From Chthonomonadales bacterium (GTDB lineage: Bacteria > Armatimonadota > Chthonomonadetes > Chthonomonadales > Chthonomonadaceae): 28,883 nt of DNA. Location: NCBI GenBank assembly GCA_038217285.1, contig JBBQPO010000044.1:1-28883 (forward strand), read 5' to 3'. The position numbers were made by a program, and so were the translations under genes. Below, one piece after another: positions 1 to 9,263 of the stretch. The notes under the pieces were generated by a model. The model worked only from the letters and a program-made list of their open reading frames with translations. It did not search any database and was not told the origin of the DNA. Every line of letters starts with the position of its first letter. The first letter of the stretch is position 1.

Positions 1-709
1 TGATGTCGCCGACAACGACAAGCACGGCCCCTCGCGGTGTATAGCGGGCCTGGTAGAATGCGCGCAGCTTTTCGGGGGTAAGAGCCTGCACCGCCGCCGC
101 AGTCGTGGAGGAGACGCCGTACGGATGCTGCCCGTAGACGACTTTGTTAAACTGCTCAGACGCCAGGAAACCGGGCTGCTGCCGCTGAAGAACGAGCGAC
201 TGCGACGTCAACTGCTTGTAGGTCGCCAACTCATCGGTCGGGAACGCCGGATGCAGCAGGACATCGGCCAGGATTTCGGTCAGACGGTTGAAGTTCTCCG
301 TCAGCGCGGACGCCCCGACGGTCGCGGAGTCCTGCCCGGCTCCTACGCTGATGGTCCCACCCAGCCCTTGTACCGCCTCCTGCAGTTGCAGACTGTTGAA
401 CTTGTCGGTGCCTGCGGTCATCTGGCTCGCGACGGCAGAGGCCAGGCCGGGCGCATCCGGCGCATCCAGCACACTGCCTGCCAGGACACCCAAACGCAGC
501 GTCACCACGGGAACCGTGTGACTCTCGACGACCACGATCTTCAGGCCGTTCGGCAGCATCCGGGTCTGCTCTTTCGAGAGAACGAAGGGACGTGCCGGCA
601 GATCTGGCGGTGGAGCGCTAAGGCCGCTCTGCGCCTGCACGGTCTGGGCCGCCAGAGCCGCAAAGAGTCCCCATACGGTCGTCAGGGAGACGATTTTAAG
701 TGTCTGCAT
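1..709 (-). CDS. M16B (pitrilysin-like) peptidase, non-catalytic partner subunit, exported; runs off the window edge
   Basis: Not in the ORF track. Manual translation from ATG at 709 (overlaps the upstream TGA): MQTLKIVSLTTVWGLFAALAAQTVQAQ...MLPNGLKIVVVESHTVPVVTL...APGLASAVASQMTAGT...VYGQHPYG...FYQARYTPRGAVLVVVGDI. M16 fold motifs and signal peptide are present; HXXEH is absent. Confidence 0.88.
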   Translation of the reverse strand, partial: MQTLKIVSLTTVWGLFAALAAQTVQAQSGLSAPPPDLPARPFVLSKEQTRMLPNGLKIVVVESHTVPVVTLRLGVLAGSVLDAPDAPGLASAVASQMTAGTDKFNSLQLQEAVQGLGGTISVGAGQDSATVGASALTENFNRLTEILADVLLHPAFPTDELATYKQLTSQSLVLQRQQPGFLASEQFNKVVYGQHPYGVSSTTAAAVQALTPEKLRAFYQARYTPRGAVLVVVGDI

Positions 710-2088
710 CAGCGTTTGCCTCCCGTTCCCGGCATCGGAGCGCCGGCGCCCGGCTTCACTTCCAGCACGGATCTATTTTGCGGTGTGAAATATTTTTTTG
801 CGGCCGCCTGCACCTGTTCCGGCGTCACCGCCATATAGCGCTCCAGTTCTGTATTGACAAGATTGGGGTCGCCCTGAAACACCGCGTAGTCGGCGATGGC
901 GATAGCCCGGCCGAGCATAGTGTCCAGTCCCCCAAAACCGCCTCCGCCGCCCGTATAGCGACCGGCACGAATGCGTGTTTTGATGCGGTTCAACTCGTCT
1001 ACGCTCGGCGCGGACTGCTGGATCGCCTCGATCTGCGCGTAGATCGCCTGCTCCAGATCCGCTTCTTTGACATTGGGCGGATAGATGCTGGTCAGCGTGA
1101 ACAGGCTCGGCCCGCGTTGACCCTGAAGACCGCCCTGCAGACCGAGGGCAAGCTTGCGTTTCTTGACGATCTCCTGATAGCCCCGTGAACTCTCTCCCTG
1201 AAACAGCAGGGAGCTGAGAATGTCCACCGCGTAAGCGTCCGGGTCGTTAAGAGAGGGGCCATGCCATGCCAGCAAAAGGGCGGGCAGTCGCGCCAGCGGG
1301 TCCGTCAGGGTATCGCGCTTTTCGGCGGCCTGGGCCGGTTCGATCAGATCGGGTTTCGGAGGCGTCGGCTGCTTCGGGATGTCGCTAAAGGCGCGCGTCA
1401 CCATCTCCCGGGCCTGCTTTGGATCGAAGTCACCGACCAGAACCAGGGTCGCGTTGTTCGGGGCATAGTAGGTCTTGAAGAAGGTCTGCACATCGGTGAG
1501 GCTCGCCGCGTCGAGATCGGCCATGGAGCCGATGGTCGAATGCTGGTTGGCATAGTTGGAGTAAGCCAGTTCCGGCAGGCGGACAGCGACGGCGTTGGAG
1601 TAGGCCCGGTTGTCGAAGTTGAGCCGCTTCTCCTCTTTCACGACCTCCTGCTGGTTTTTCAGGTTGGCGGCCGTGACCGCGAGGGAGCGCATCCGATCCG
1701 CCTCCAGCCAGAGGATGGTCGGCAACTTTTCGGCGGGCACGGTTTCGATATAGGTGGTATCTTCGCTGCGGGTGAACCCGTTCATAACGCCGCCCGCTGC
1801 GCTTATATAGCGGGGATGTTCGCCCTTACCGACATGGGCGGAGCCCTGAAACATCATATGCTCGAAAAGATGGGCAAAGCCGGTGTGGCCTTTCAGCTCG
1901 TTGCGAGAGCCGACATTGTAGGCCAGGGCCAACCCGACGACAGGCGTAGAGTGATCTTGAGACAGAATCACCTTCATGCCGTTCGGCAGTTGAAACTGCT
2001 CTATGGGATAGTGAGGGGCCTTCTGCGCCGTCGCGGTCACGGTTGCCGCCAACAGCGCCAGGGCCACTCCCCCGTTCAGGAACTTCAT
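709..2088 (-). CDS. M16B zinc peptidase, catalytic subunit with signal peptide
   Basis: LPNGMKVIL, GFAHLFEHMMFQGS (HXXEH), VVKEEKR, YYAPNNATLVLVGD; N-terminal signal peptide; AAGGAG RBS. Confidence 0.93.
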   Translation of the reverse strand: MKFLNGGVALALLAATVTATAQKAPHYPIEQFQLPNGMKVILSQDHSTPVVGLALAYNVGSRNELKGHTGFAHLFEHMMFQGSAHVGKGEHPRYISAAGGVMNGFTRSEDTTYIETVPAEKLPTILWLEADRMRSLAVTAANLKNQQEVVKEEKRLNFDNRAYSNAVAVRLPELAYSNYANQHSTIGSMADLDAASLTDVQTFFKTYYAPNNATLVLVGDFDPKQAREMVTRAFSDIPKQPTPPKPDLIEPAQAAEKRDTLTDPLARLPALLLAWHGPSLNDPDAYAVDILSSLLFQGESSRGYQEIVKKRKLALGLQGGLQGQRGPSLFTLTSIYPPNVKEADLEQAIYAQIEAIQQSAPSVDELNRIKTRIRAGRYTGGGGGFGGLDTMLGRAIAIADYAVFQGDPNLVNTELERYMAVTPEQVQAAAKKYFTPQNRSVLEVKPGAGAPMPGTGGKR

Positions 2089-2361
2089 TGCGTGGATGCT
2101 CCTTCTATAAATGAGAGGTGGTGTGCGGAGTGCACCCTGCTAGTTTACCATATCTCTGCAAGGGCGTTCGGAGGCCAGAATGAGGCCATAAACGTTCCAA
2201 TACAAGGCCGTCGCGCCCATTCCCAGTGGTGTATGCGCGGAAGATTAGGGGAAACCCCTGCTGTGAACAAGGGTTTTGCCCGATGCGGTATGTCGTATCA
2301 GTAGTGGATAATATATCTGTAAGCGCGTAAGAGTGAGGGAATGCCACCTTGAGGAGACAGT

Positions 2362-2742
2362 GTGTCCACGATGCAAGCGATTCATATTCTACTGGCTGAT
2401 GACGATGCCGTAATACGCCAGTGCCTTCGTCGTGCGGTGGAGGCCGATCCGCGCCTTCAAGTCAAATGGGAAGCGGACAACGGTCTGCAGGCGTTGCTGC
2501 TGGCAAAGCAGCATCATCCGCATCTGGTGCTGATGGATGCAGAGATGCCACGTATGGATGGTATCGAAGCTACTCGCTGTCTAAGACAGTGCAATCATGA
2601 AACACGCATCGTCGTCCTGAGTGTCTATGACCACTACCGTGCTTCGGCCCTCGCCGCCGGAGCAGATGCGTTCCTGGTCAAGGATGCAGGCTGCGAGGCG
2701 ATACGCAGTACGATACGGCGTCTTTTTGAAGAGATCGAGTAG
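2362..2742 (+). CDS. Single-domain response regulator (NarL-like receiver)
   Basis: ILLADDD, LMDAEMPRMDG, VVLS, GADAFLVK; no output domain; GAGGAG RBS before GTG. Confidence 0.88.
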   Translation: MSTMQAIHILLADDDAVIRQCLRRAVEADPRLQVKWEADNGLQALLLAKQHHPHLVLMDAEMPRMDGIEATRCLRQCNHETRIVVLSVYDHYRASALAAGADAFLVKDAGCEAIRSTIRRLFEEIE

Positions 2743-2821
2743 ACTACGTCGCTGTCCGCGAGCGCCTAGATGCGCATTGCCGGCGACAGACAACCACAAT
2801 GAGGAAAGGAAAGAGAGTACC

Positions 2822-3442
2822 ATGAATACCCTGACTGTAGAATTGGGTTCTCAGCAAGAGTTCGAGCGACTGTTTCAGCGCAGCCAGCGCCGCGCCTACA
2901 ACCTTGCGTACCGTCTCACCGGAAACGCCGCTGATGCCGAGGATGTCGCGCAGGACGCTTATGTCCGCGCCTGGCACAATTTCGACAGTTACGACGCGTC
3001 CCGGTCCTTCGAAGGCTGGCTTTTCCGCATCATCACCAACCGGGTGATCGACCTGCGCCGTCGCCAGAAACGCGTCCCTATGTACTCGCTCGACACACCC
3101 ATCTACGGCGATGAGGAAGGGCAGCCCCTGGCACATGAATTTGCCGCGCCCAACAGCAACCCGGAGGAGATCGTGATCGGTCCGATCCTGGAAGAGAAGC
3201 TGCAGAGCGCGCTGGCGGCTCTGCCAGCCGACTACCGCACCGCCATTCTTCTCTGTGATGTAGAGCAGCGCTCGTATCAGGACATTGCGGCCACGATGCA
3301 CTGCGCCATTGGCACTGTGCGATCGCGTATACACCGCGCCCGGGTCATGCTGCGCAAGCACCTGGAGACAGGCGCCGCGCGGCCCCGCTCCCGCCGCACC
3401 TCAGTTCAATCTGGCCTGAAGCCCGCTCTACTCGCGGTCTGA
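2822..3442 (+). CDS. ECF (sigma-70 group 4) RNA polymerase sigma factor
   Basis: AYRLTGNAADAEDVAQDAY, FEGWLFRI, SYQDIA...IGTVRSRIHRAR; start placed at ATG 2822 after AAGGA. Confidence 0.92.
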   Translation: MNTLTVELGSQQEFERLFQRSQRRAYNLAYRLTGNAADAEDVAQDAYVRAWHNFDSYDASRSFEGWLFRIITNRVIDLRRRQKRVPMYSLDTPIYGDEEGQPLAHEFAAPNSNPEEIVIGPILEEKLQSALAALPADYRTAILLCDVEQRSYQDIAATMHCAIGTVRSRIHRARVMLRKHLETGAARPRSRRTSVQSGLKPALLAV

Positions 3443-3470
3443 CCATCGTCATTCGGCCCAACGGGTCTGT

Positions 3471-4280
3471 CTATAGGTTCTCTTCGCGCTCGCCACATCG
3501 GACATTCAGTCCGTCGTAGGCGAGCGCGACGTTTGGGGGCAGTTGCGCGTTGACGGTATCGTGATCGAAGGCGTGTGAGAGGTGCGTGAGGTAGGTCCGT
3601 CGGGGTTTGAGTTCGGCGATGATTTCCAGGGCCTGATAGAGGCCGAAGTGCGTGGCGTGCGGCTCGAAGCGCACCGCATCGAGGAACAGGAGGTCCAGGT
3701 CGGTGAGGCAGGCCATCGCGTCGGGGGGAATGAAGCTGACGTCCGTGACGTAGGCGACGCTGCACGCGGGCCGATCTGCGGTGGCGGGCGCGTCGAAACG
3801 ATAGGAGAGCACGGGCAGTTTGCCGTGCAGGACATAGAACGAGCGGATCCGCAGCCCGAACAGCGTGAACTCCGGCGCGACCGGATGCAGCGTCAGGCGC
3901 GGTTTGCCGCCGCCCACCTGCGTCTCCTTGAAGATATAAGGATAGATACGGCGGATGTCGTCCAGCGTGGCCTCGTCACCGTAGACCGGTATCTCCTGGT
4001 TCATCAGGTCATTAAAGCGGCGCAGATCGTCGAGTCCGAAGATATGGTCGGCGTGCGTATGCGTGAAGAGAACCGCGTCCACCTGTCGCACATCGAAGGC
4101 CAGGCTCTGCAGCCGCAACTCCGGCGTGGTATCGACGAGAATGGCCCGCCCCTCATGACGTACCAGGATCGAGGGGCGGAAGCGCTGATTGCGGGGGTTG
4201 GGGGAGCGGCAAACCGCTCAGTCGCATCCGATCATCGGGACGCCGTGCGAGGTTCCGCTGCCCAGTACGAGAATTTCCAT
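3471..4280 (-). CDS. PhnP-like MBL-fold metallo-hydrolase with in-frame TGA at codon 21 (4218-4220); recoded or nonsense allele
   Basis: One frame from ATG 4280: MEILVLGSGTSHGVPMIGCD*AVCRSPNPRNQRFRPSILV...ILVDTTPELRLQ, then HTHADH, HG, YVTD, HATHF, LTHLSH, LAYDG. Confidence 0.88.
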
Positions 4281-4288
4281 CACATCCC

Positions 4289-5413
4289 CTAGGGTGCGGC
4301 TTCGAACCGTCCAGCGGCGAGGGCGGCTTCTGGGCCGTCCGGCAGGTCGAGGAGGATGGCCTCACCGGTTACGGCGGAGCGATAGGCGGCTTCCACCACC
4401 TCCACAACATGCGCGCCGTGTTCGCCGGGGGAGAAGAGCGGGGCGAGGCCCTGGATCGCGTCGGCGAAGTTGCCTACCGGCGTTCCGACGCGTACCAGAT
4501 CGGCCTCTTTGAACGTCTCCGGTTCGTGCCCTACGCGGGTGATCGTCGTCTCGAAATCGAAGTTTTTGATCTGCACCATGCCGTTGGCGCAGCCGAAGAT
4601 GTTCAGGACGCGCCGATGGAGGTAGTGGCTGTCACCGATGGAGTTGAGCGACCCGACCGCCCCGTTCTCGAACTCGACGGAGAGCGTCGCCCGCATATCC
4701 GAGGGTGTGGCGTCCATGAAAGCGGCCACGCGGCGAATACGCTGCCCGGTGACCCAGATCAGCTCGGAGACCATGTGCGGGCCACCATCGACGAAATAGC
4801 CGCCGCCGTTGAGGTCGGGGTCGGCGCGATAGGAGGTCGGCGGCACGACGCCGGGCTGGTTGGCGGGCTGCGGACTGCGCCCGAACAGGTGGCTCGCCGT
4901 TCCCGACCAGTAGAGCGAGACGCTCTCCAGCGCCCCCATCGTCTCCTCGGCCAGGGCGCGGCGAGCGCGGTGGCAGTGCGCCCAGTAGGGTGGGTTCAGC
5001 GCCACGCCCAGGCGCAGGCCCTTCTCCCGGGCCAGCCGAACGAGTTCGCGCGCATCCTCGCTCCGAATGGTCATCGGCTTTTCCAGCAGGACATGCAGGC
5101 CCCGTTCCAGCGCGGCCTGCGCCTGCTCGAAGTGAAGGGAGTTCGGGGTCGCGATCAGAACCGCATCCAACGGCGTCTCGTCGAGCATCTGCCGCCAGTC
5201 GGCGAAGGCGTTTTTCGGAGCGACTCCGAAATGCTCCGCCATCCGCGTTCGGGCGGCCTCGTCGCGACGGCAGAGCGCGGCCAGAGTCATATTTCCGCAG
5301 TTTTGCACGTCCGGCAGGTGACGCCGCGAGACGAACGAGCCCGCGCCGATAACGCCCAGTCGAATCCGGTCGGGACGCGCCTCTCCCTGTCGCACGGTCT
5401 TCTCAACCTCCAT
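4289..5413 (-). CDS. Gfo/Idh/MocA family NAD(P)-dependent oxidoreductase
   Basis: LGVIGAG Rossmann motif, DAVLIATPNSLH, HVLLEKPM, GGGYFVDGGPH; GGGAG RBS 8 nt before ATG 5413. Confidence 0.9.
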   Translation of the reverse strand: MEVEKTVRQGEARPDRIRLGVIGAGSFVSRRHLPDVQNCGNMTLAALCRRDEAARTRMAEHFGVAPKNAFADWRQMLDETPLDAVLIATPNSLHFEQAQAALERGLHVLLEKPMTIRSEDARELVRLAREKGLRLGVALNPPYWAHCHRARRALAEETMGALESVSLYWSGTASHLFGRSPQPANQPGVVPPTSYRADPDLNGGGYFVDGGPHMVSELIWVTGQRIRRVAAFMDATPSDMRATLSVEFENGAVGSLNSIGDSHYLHRRVLNIFGCANGMVQIKNFDFETTITRVGHEPETFKEADLVRVGTPVGNFADAIQGLAPLFSPGEHGAHVVEVVEAAYRSAVTGEAILLDLPDGPEAALAAGRFEAAP

Positions 5414-5467
5414 CGTCAGCACTCCCGTTCCGAAAATTGCGATGTACTCCTGCCGCCTGCGCCCCCC

Positions 5468-7258
5468 TCACCGTTTGGGCCATTGCGTACCCTGTAGCTC
5501 TGCGGTCGCGTGGTTACCGGCCTCGATGCTGTGCTGCACGGCGGCCTCGACGTGCGCCTCCTGCCGGGTCGTCAACACATTGCAGACCAGATAGAGGAGG
5601 AGCAGCGCCAGAGCCAGGATTGCGCTTGTTTCCGGCAGGCTGTTCAGCAGGGTGATCTCCAGTTCCTGTTCGCGTCTTAGGCTATAGAGGACCAGGGAGG
5701 CCAGAACCACGAGGGGCACGATGATCGACAGCAGGACGGCCACGATCTGCAGTGTGCCCGGCGTAGAAAAGGCTCCGGGCGGCTCCAGGAAGCGGGCTGG
5801 TGAATCGGGATCGCCACCCGTGTAGGAGAGAGTGTGCAGAATGCCGCGCAGGGCACCAAAGCCGCCGCCCCACTGTGTCTGCACAGCGGTTGCCAGGAAA
5901 ACCAAAGTCGTGGTGACAATAACGATGGCAGGCACATGAGGGTTGTCGCGCCGTTCATTAAGCATAGGCGCATTGCGGCGTTTGCGCCGAACCAGCGCTA
6001 CTGTGACGACAGCGAGAAGAAACATCTCGATGGCGTTGGCAAGCAACAAATTTCCGGCGATCCACCAGGCGGTCAGGTTCTTGGCCTGACGCGTGGGCGG
6101 TATATATTCCGGATCCGTGCTCTTGTCCAGAATGGCGCGAGCACGACGGGCAGCCTCGAACTGCGTCTGCGCTTGGGCTGCTTCCGCTTCATGTCCGCTC
6201 TGTTTGAGAAACGTCAGGAAGGCATCCCGGCGAATCGCGTTTTTCTGGTCCGGGGGCATATCGCCGGGCAGAGCAATGGGCGCTGCGCCGCCGGGCCGCA
6301 GCCACTGCAACTCCGACATCTCCGCGCCGTAGTAACCGCCCCGGGGCGCATTCGAAAAGGTGCGCACCAGTGCGCCACAACCGATGCCGGCCTGGCGTAG
6401 GGCGATTCCCTCCTCGATTTTGCCGCCTTTTTCCATCTGAGCGGCTTTGAAGACGGTCATGCGGGCCAGGTTGCGGAGCTCTTTAAAGTGCGGCAGAGGA
6501 AGCGAAGCATAGAGCGCGCTATGAATGACCGCGCTGCGGTTGCCGAAAGCCTGCTTGGCAATTCGCCATACCGCTTCGGTCTCCTCACCGGTATAGTCGT
6601 CCCATTTCGATTTCTGATTGGCCCGGCGTACGGCCGCAGCCGCCTCGTCATCGCGGTGGGCCGCGAAGAGTCCGATCGCGCGCATCATGGGGAAATAGGC
6701 GTTTTGTGGGTCCAACTGTTCGCCGACTTCGGCGTCATGGTCGAAATTGGTGAGCGCGTCCGGTGTCGCGGGCTGCGTGTCTTCGGTCGCCGTGTACTGG
6801 GAGGCATGCCCATTCATAAACTTTTCGTATTCGGTGTCCCGTCGGATGCCGATGTCTCTGGTCGTCTCCAGTCGCAGTATATGCGCGTAGAGGCTGGCGT
6901 GGTCCGGAAAAGCCGGAATGATAAGGCGCAGACGTTTGACGCGCTCGTCCTCCTGGTTCGGCTTCTGGAGATAGTCCGCGCGCAGCGCAAAGGCTGTCTG
7001 AATAAGGTAGTTGCGGCGGTCAAGGCGCATCACGGCGGCGAGCGCCGACTGCTCATCGGTCGGGTCACTATCGGGCAGGCCTTCCCGCACCCCCATCTGC
7101 CGCAGTGTCCACGCCACGCCTGTAGGCGTGGAGACAAGCATCTTCCCCTGCTGCAGCAGGGGAGCGCGCAACAGGGGGATCAACAGAGCCACAACCAGCA
7201 CCACCAGTGTAAGTTGAAGCAGTATTCTGGTTCTTAACTGGTTATAAAAGGTTTCCAA
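5468..7258 (-). CDS. Hypothetical membrane protein (N-terminal TM, large helical soluble domain, several C-terminal TMs)
   Basis: 596-aa ORF with GAGGAG RBS before TTG; hydrophobic segments at both ends. Confidence 0.75.
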   Translation of the reverse strand: METFYNQLRTRILLQLTLVVLVVALLIPLLRAPLLQQGKMLVSTPTGVAWTLRQMGVREGLPDSDPTDEQSALAAVMRLDRRNYLIQTAFALRADYLQKPNQEDERVKRLRLIIPAFPDHASLYAHILRLETTRDIGIRRDTEYEKFMNGHASQYTATEDTQPATPDALTNFDHDAEVGEQLDPQNAYFPMMRAIGLFAAHRDDEAAAAVRRANQKSKWDDYTGEETEAVWRIAKQAFGNRSAVIHSALYASLPLPHFKELRNLARMTVFKAAQMEKGGKIEEGIALRQAGIGCGALVRTFSNAPRGGYYGAEMSELQWLRPGGAAPIALPGDMPPDQKNAIRRDAFLTFLKQSGHEAEAAQAQTQFEAARRARAILDKSTDPEYIPPTRQAKNLTAWWIAGNLLLANAIEMFLLAVVTVALVRRKRRNAPMLNERRDNPHVPAIVIVTTTLVFLATAVQTQWGGGFGALRGILHTLSYTGGDPDSPARFLEPPGAFSTPGTLQIVAVLLSIIVPLVVLASLVLYSLRREQELEITLLNSLPETSAILALALLLLYLVCNVLTTRQEAHVEAAVQHSIEAGNHATAELQGTQWPKR

Positions 7259-7418
7259 GCAGAGATCTCCTCGATAGAGTGGAAAGGAGGCAAACGTAGG
7301 TGAAAAAGAGGGGCGGCGTCTTGCTCATCCTGCGCAACGGCGCGAATTTCCTTGCCTATACAGGATACCCGAAACGCTCTCGATTTGCGTCGTTCCTGCG
7401 GCTAGGCAACGCGCAATG

Positions 7419-7444
7419 CCCTTTCAAAGTGATTTTTGAAAGGG
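7419..7444. repeat. 10-bp perfect inverted repeat; terminator-like hairpin or operator
   Basis: CCCTTTCAAA-GTGATT-TTTGAAAGGG, just past the stop of the 7468..7977 gene; no U-tract. Confidence 0.5.
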
Positions 7445-7467
7445 TTGTCAGGTTCATGCGTGGCCCT

Positions 7468-7977
7468 TCAGGCAGCGGTCGGTTTGCGCTTTGCAGAGAG
7501 GATCAGAGAGACGATCAGGCCCAGAAGGAAGCCAAATAAAACACTGGCGAAAACGGTGGAGAAGAGGGTGATAAGCTCCTGCGACTGCATGCGGCCGAGC
7601 GCGAACCCGCTCATACCCCCGACAAAGACGCCGAGAGCCGTGCCGATCAGGCTGTTCCTCAGCAGCGTAATCAGTGTGCCCGTTGCTGTCTCCTGCGCTC
7701 GACGGCCACCGCCAAAGCACGCCATGCCTATGCCGCCGAACAGCAGTCCCGCTACCGCCAAGACGGGGGGCAGTTTTGAGGAAAAGGCGGTCATCACCCA
7801 GACGCCGTTCTGTGGAAAGAGCGAGACGGCGATCGCGCGAAAGACATAGAAGGCGACAATGCCTTCGATGGCTCCGGCAACTGCCATAGCGCCGCCCCCC
7901 AGCAGACCGAAGCCGATCACGCGCATTGCAAGCCCCTCTCTCCTAACCCCTGCCGTACCCACCTTTGAAGATGACAT
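7468..7977 (-). CDS. Hypothetical integral membrane protein (about 4 TM, Gly-rich)
   Basis: AAGGAGG RBS before ATG 7977 (MSSSKVG); four hydrophobic stretches. Confidence 0.72.
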   Translation of the reverse strand: MSSSKVGTAGVRREGLAMRVIGFGLLGGGAMAVAGAIEGIVAFYVFRAIAVSLFPQNGVWVMTAFSSKLPPVLAVAGLLFGGIGMACFGGGRRAQETATGTLITLLRNSLIGTALGVFVGGMSGFALGRMQSQELITLFSTVFASVLFGFLLGLIVSLILSAKRKPTAA

Positions 7978-8128
7978 GAGAACCTCCTTGAAATAGAGCC
8001 GAAATTTCGGCCATACAGAACATTTCCACGATAGAATGCCGGTACTTGCTCGCACTCTCTGCTCAGAAAAGCCTGCTACGGAAGCAGAGGAACACTCCTA
8101 TCGAGCGACGGGCCCTTCAGAGATGCCG

Positions 8129-9178
8129 TTAGGTGGCTGGTCCGGTCTTTGCTTCGACAGGGCAGGCGCAGGAACCCCGCGCATCGATCGTAGGAGCGAA
8201 CAGCCGGCGCGTCTCTTCAACTGCTTCTCCACGTATCCTCTTGATAAGCAGGGTCGCTGCACAGGCGGCGATCTCACGGATCGGCTGGCGCACGCTCGTC
8301 AGCGGCGGTGAGGTGAGCAGGCACTGCGCCGTGGAGTCGAAACCGATAACGGAAAGATCCTCCGGAACGTGGAGACCCCATGCACGCGCCTTCTGCAGTA
8401 CCTTGATGGCAACGCCGTCGTACCATGCGAAGACGGCCGTCGGACCCTCTTGTGCGCGCAGCAACGCCTCAATCTGCGTGTATACCGTCTCTTCGCTGCC
8501 TTCCCATCCTACGTTGACGATCCATTCGGGGCGGACAGGGATCCCGGCATTCTGGAGCGCTTCCCGATAGCCCTGGCAGCGATCGCGCACATAGGGTTCG
8601 GCGTGGTCCGCCGTCAGATGCAGAATGCGTGTATGTCCCAGACTAAGAAGATACTCCGTCGCCAAGCGTCCGCCGAGCAGATTGTCGCAGTCCACGAACC
8701 AGATGTCGGGATCGTCGTGCGGGCCGAACATCATAACGGCGGGAAAGCCGCTCTTCTCCAAACACTGCGCCATCGGATCGGAAGAGCGCCGCCAGAGCAG
8801 CGCGCCATCGACCTGCCCATCGGTAACCGCTGCGATCTCCTGATCCGGGCCGGGCTCGCTGCGGAAATTCAGCAGGACACGATACCCCTCGTGAATCGCC
8901 GTTGCGGAGATGCCCTGCATCATCTCGCTGGTGAAGCCGGACCAGACCGACAGGTAGCCGGCCCACTGCGGTACGATCCCAATCGTATCGGTACGTCTGC
9001 GCGCGAGCGCACGTGCCACGGCGTTGGGGCGATAGTTAAGTTCTCTGGCCGCTTGCCGAACACGTACCCGAGTCTCTTCGGAGACGCGAATGGTCGTGTG
9101 ACGCTCATTGAGAACGGCCGAGACAACGGCTTTCGTGACTCCTGCTTTTGCTGCAACCTCTCGAATTGTGACCGCCAT
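8129..9178 (-). CDS. LacI family transcriptional regulator
   Basis: VTIREVAAKAGVTKAVVSAVLN HTH, LNYRPNAVARAL hinge, VPEDLSVIGFD, PPLTSVRQP; start could instead be GTG 9193. Confidence 0.95.
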   Translation of the reverse strand: MAVTIREVAAKAGVTKAVVSAVLNERHTTIRVSEETRVRVRQAARELNYRPNAVARALARRRTDTIGIVPQWAGYLSVWSGFTSEMMQGISATAIHEGYRVLLNFRSEPGPDQEIAAVTDGQVDGALLWRRSSDPMAQCLEKSGFPAVMMFGPHDDPDIWFVDCDNLLGGRLATEYLLSLGHTRILHLTADHAEPYVRDRCQGYREALQNAGIPVRPEWIVNVGWEGSEETVYTQIEALLRAQEGPTAVFAWYDGVAIKVLQKARAWGLHVPEDLSVIGFDSTAQCLLTSPPLTSVRQPIREIAACAATLLIKRIRGEAVEETRRLFAPTIDARGSCACPVEAKTGPAT

Positions 9179-9197
9179 TTTCCCCTCAATCACTTAC

Positions 9198-9213
9198 GAT
9201 ACACCGGTTTATC
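9198..9213. promoter_or_regulatory. Putative LacI-type operator (autoregulation)
   Basis: Near-perfect palindrome GATACACCGGTTTATC with central CG, between the promoter and the start codon of the LacI gene. Confidence 0.7.
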
Positions 9214-9224
9214 AGCACTGGCTC

Positions 9225-9253
9225 AGTGTATCCCTTCTTTTTGCATTTGTCAA
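9225..9253 (-). promoter_or_regulatory. Sigma-70 promoter of the LacI gene
   Basis: TTGACA-17 nt-TACACT on the minus strand. Confidence 0.8.
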
Positions 9254-9263
9254 GGGGGTTCTG

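Noticed and set aside
125-2304. Long plus-strand ORFs (125..838, 700..1188, 1261..2304) and similar antisense ORFs elsewhere
   Set aside because: Shadows of well-supported opposite-strand genes in GC-rich DNA.
4218-4220. Genome-wide TGA reassignment
   Set aside because: Many genes here end cleanly in TGA, and no other intact gene showed an internal TGA.
7373-7396. GGAAC-N15-CGTT upstream of the 596-aa membrane protein gene
   Set aside because: The spacer is 2 nt shorter than the other two sites; too weak to call.
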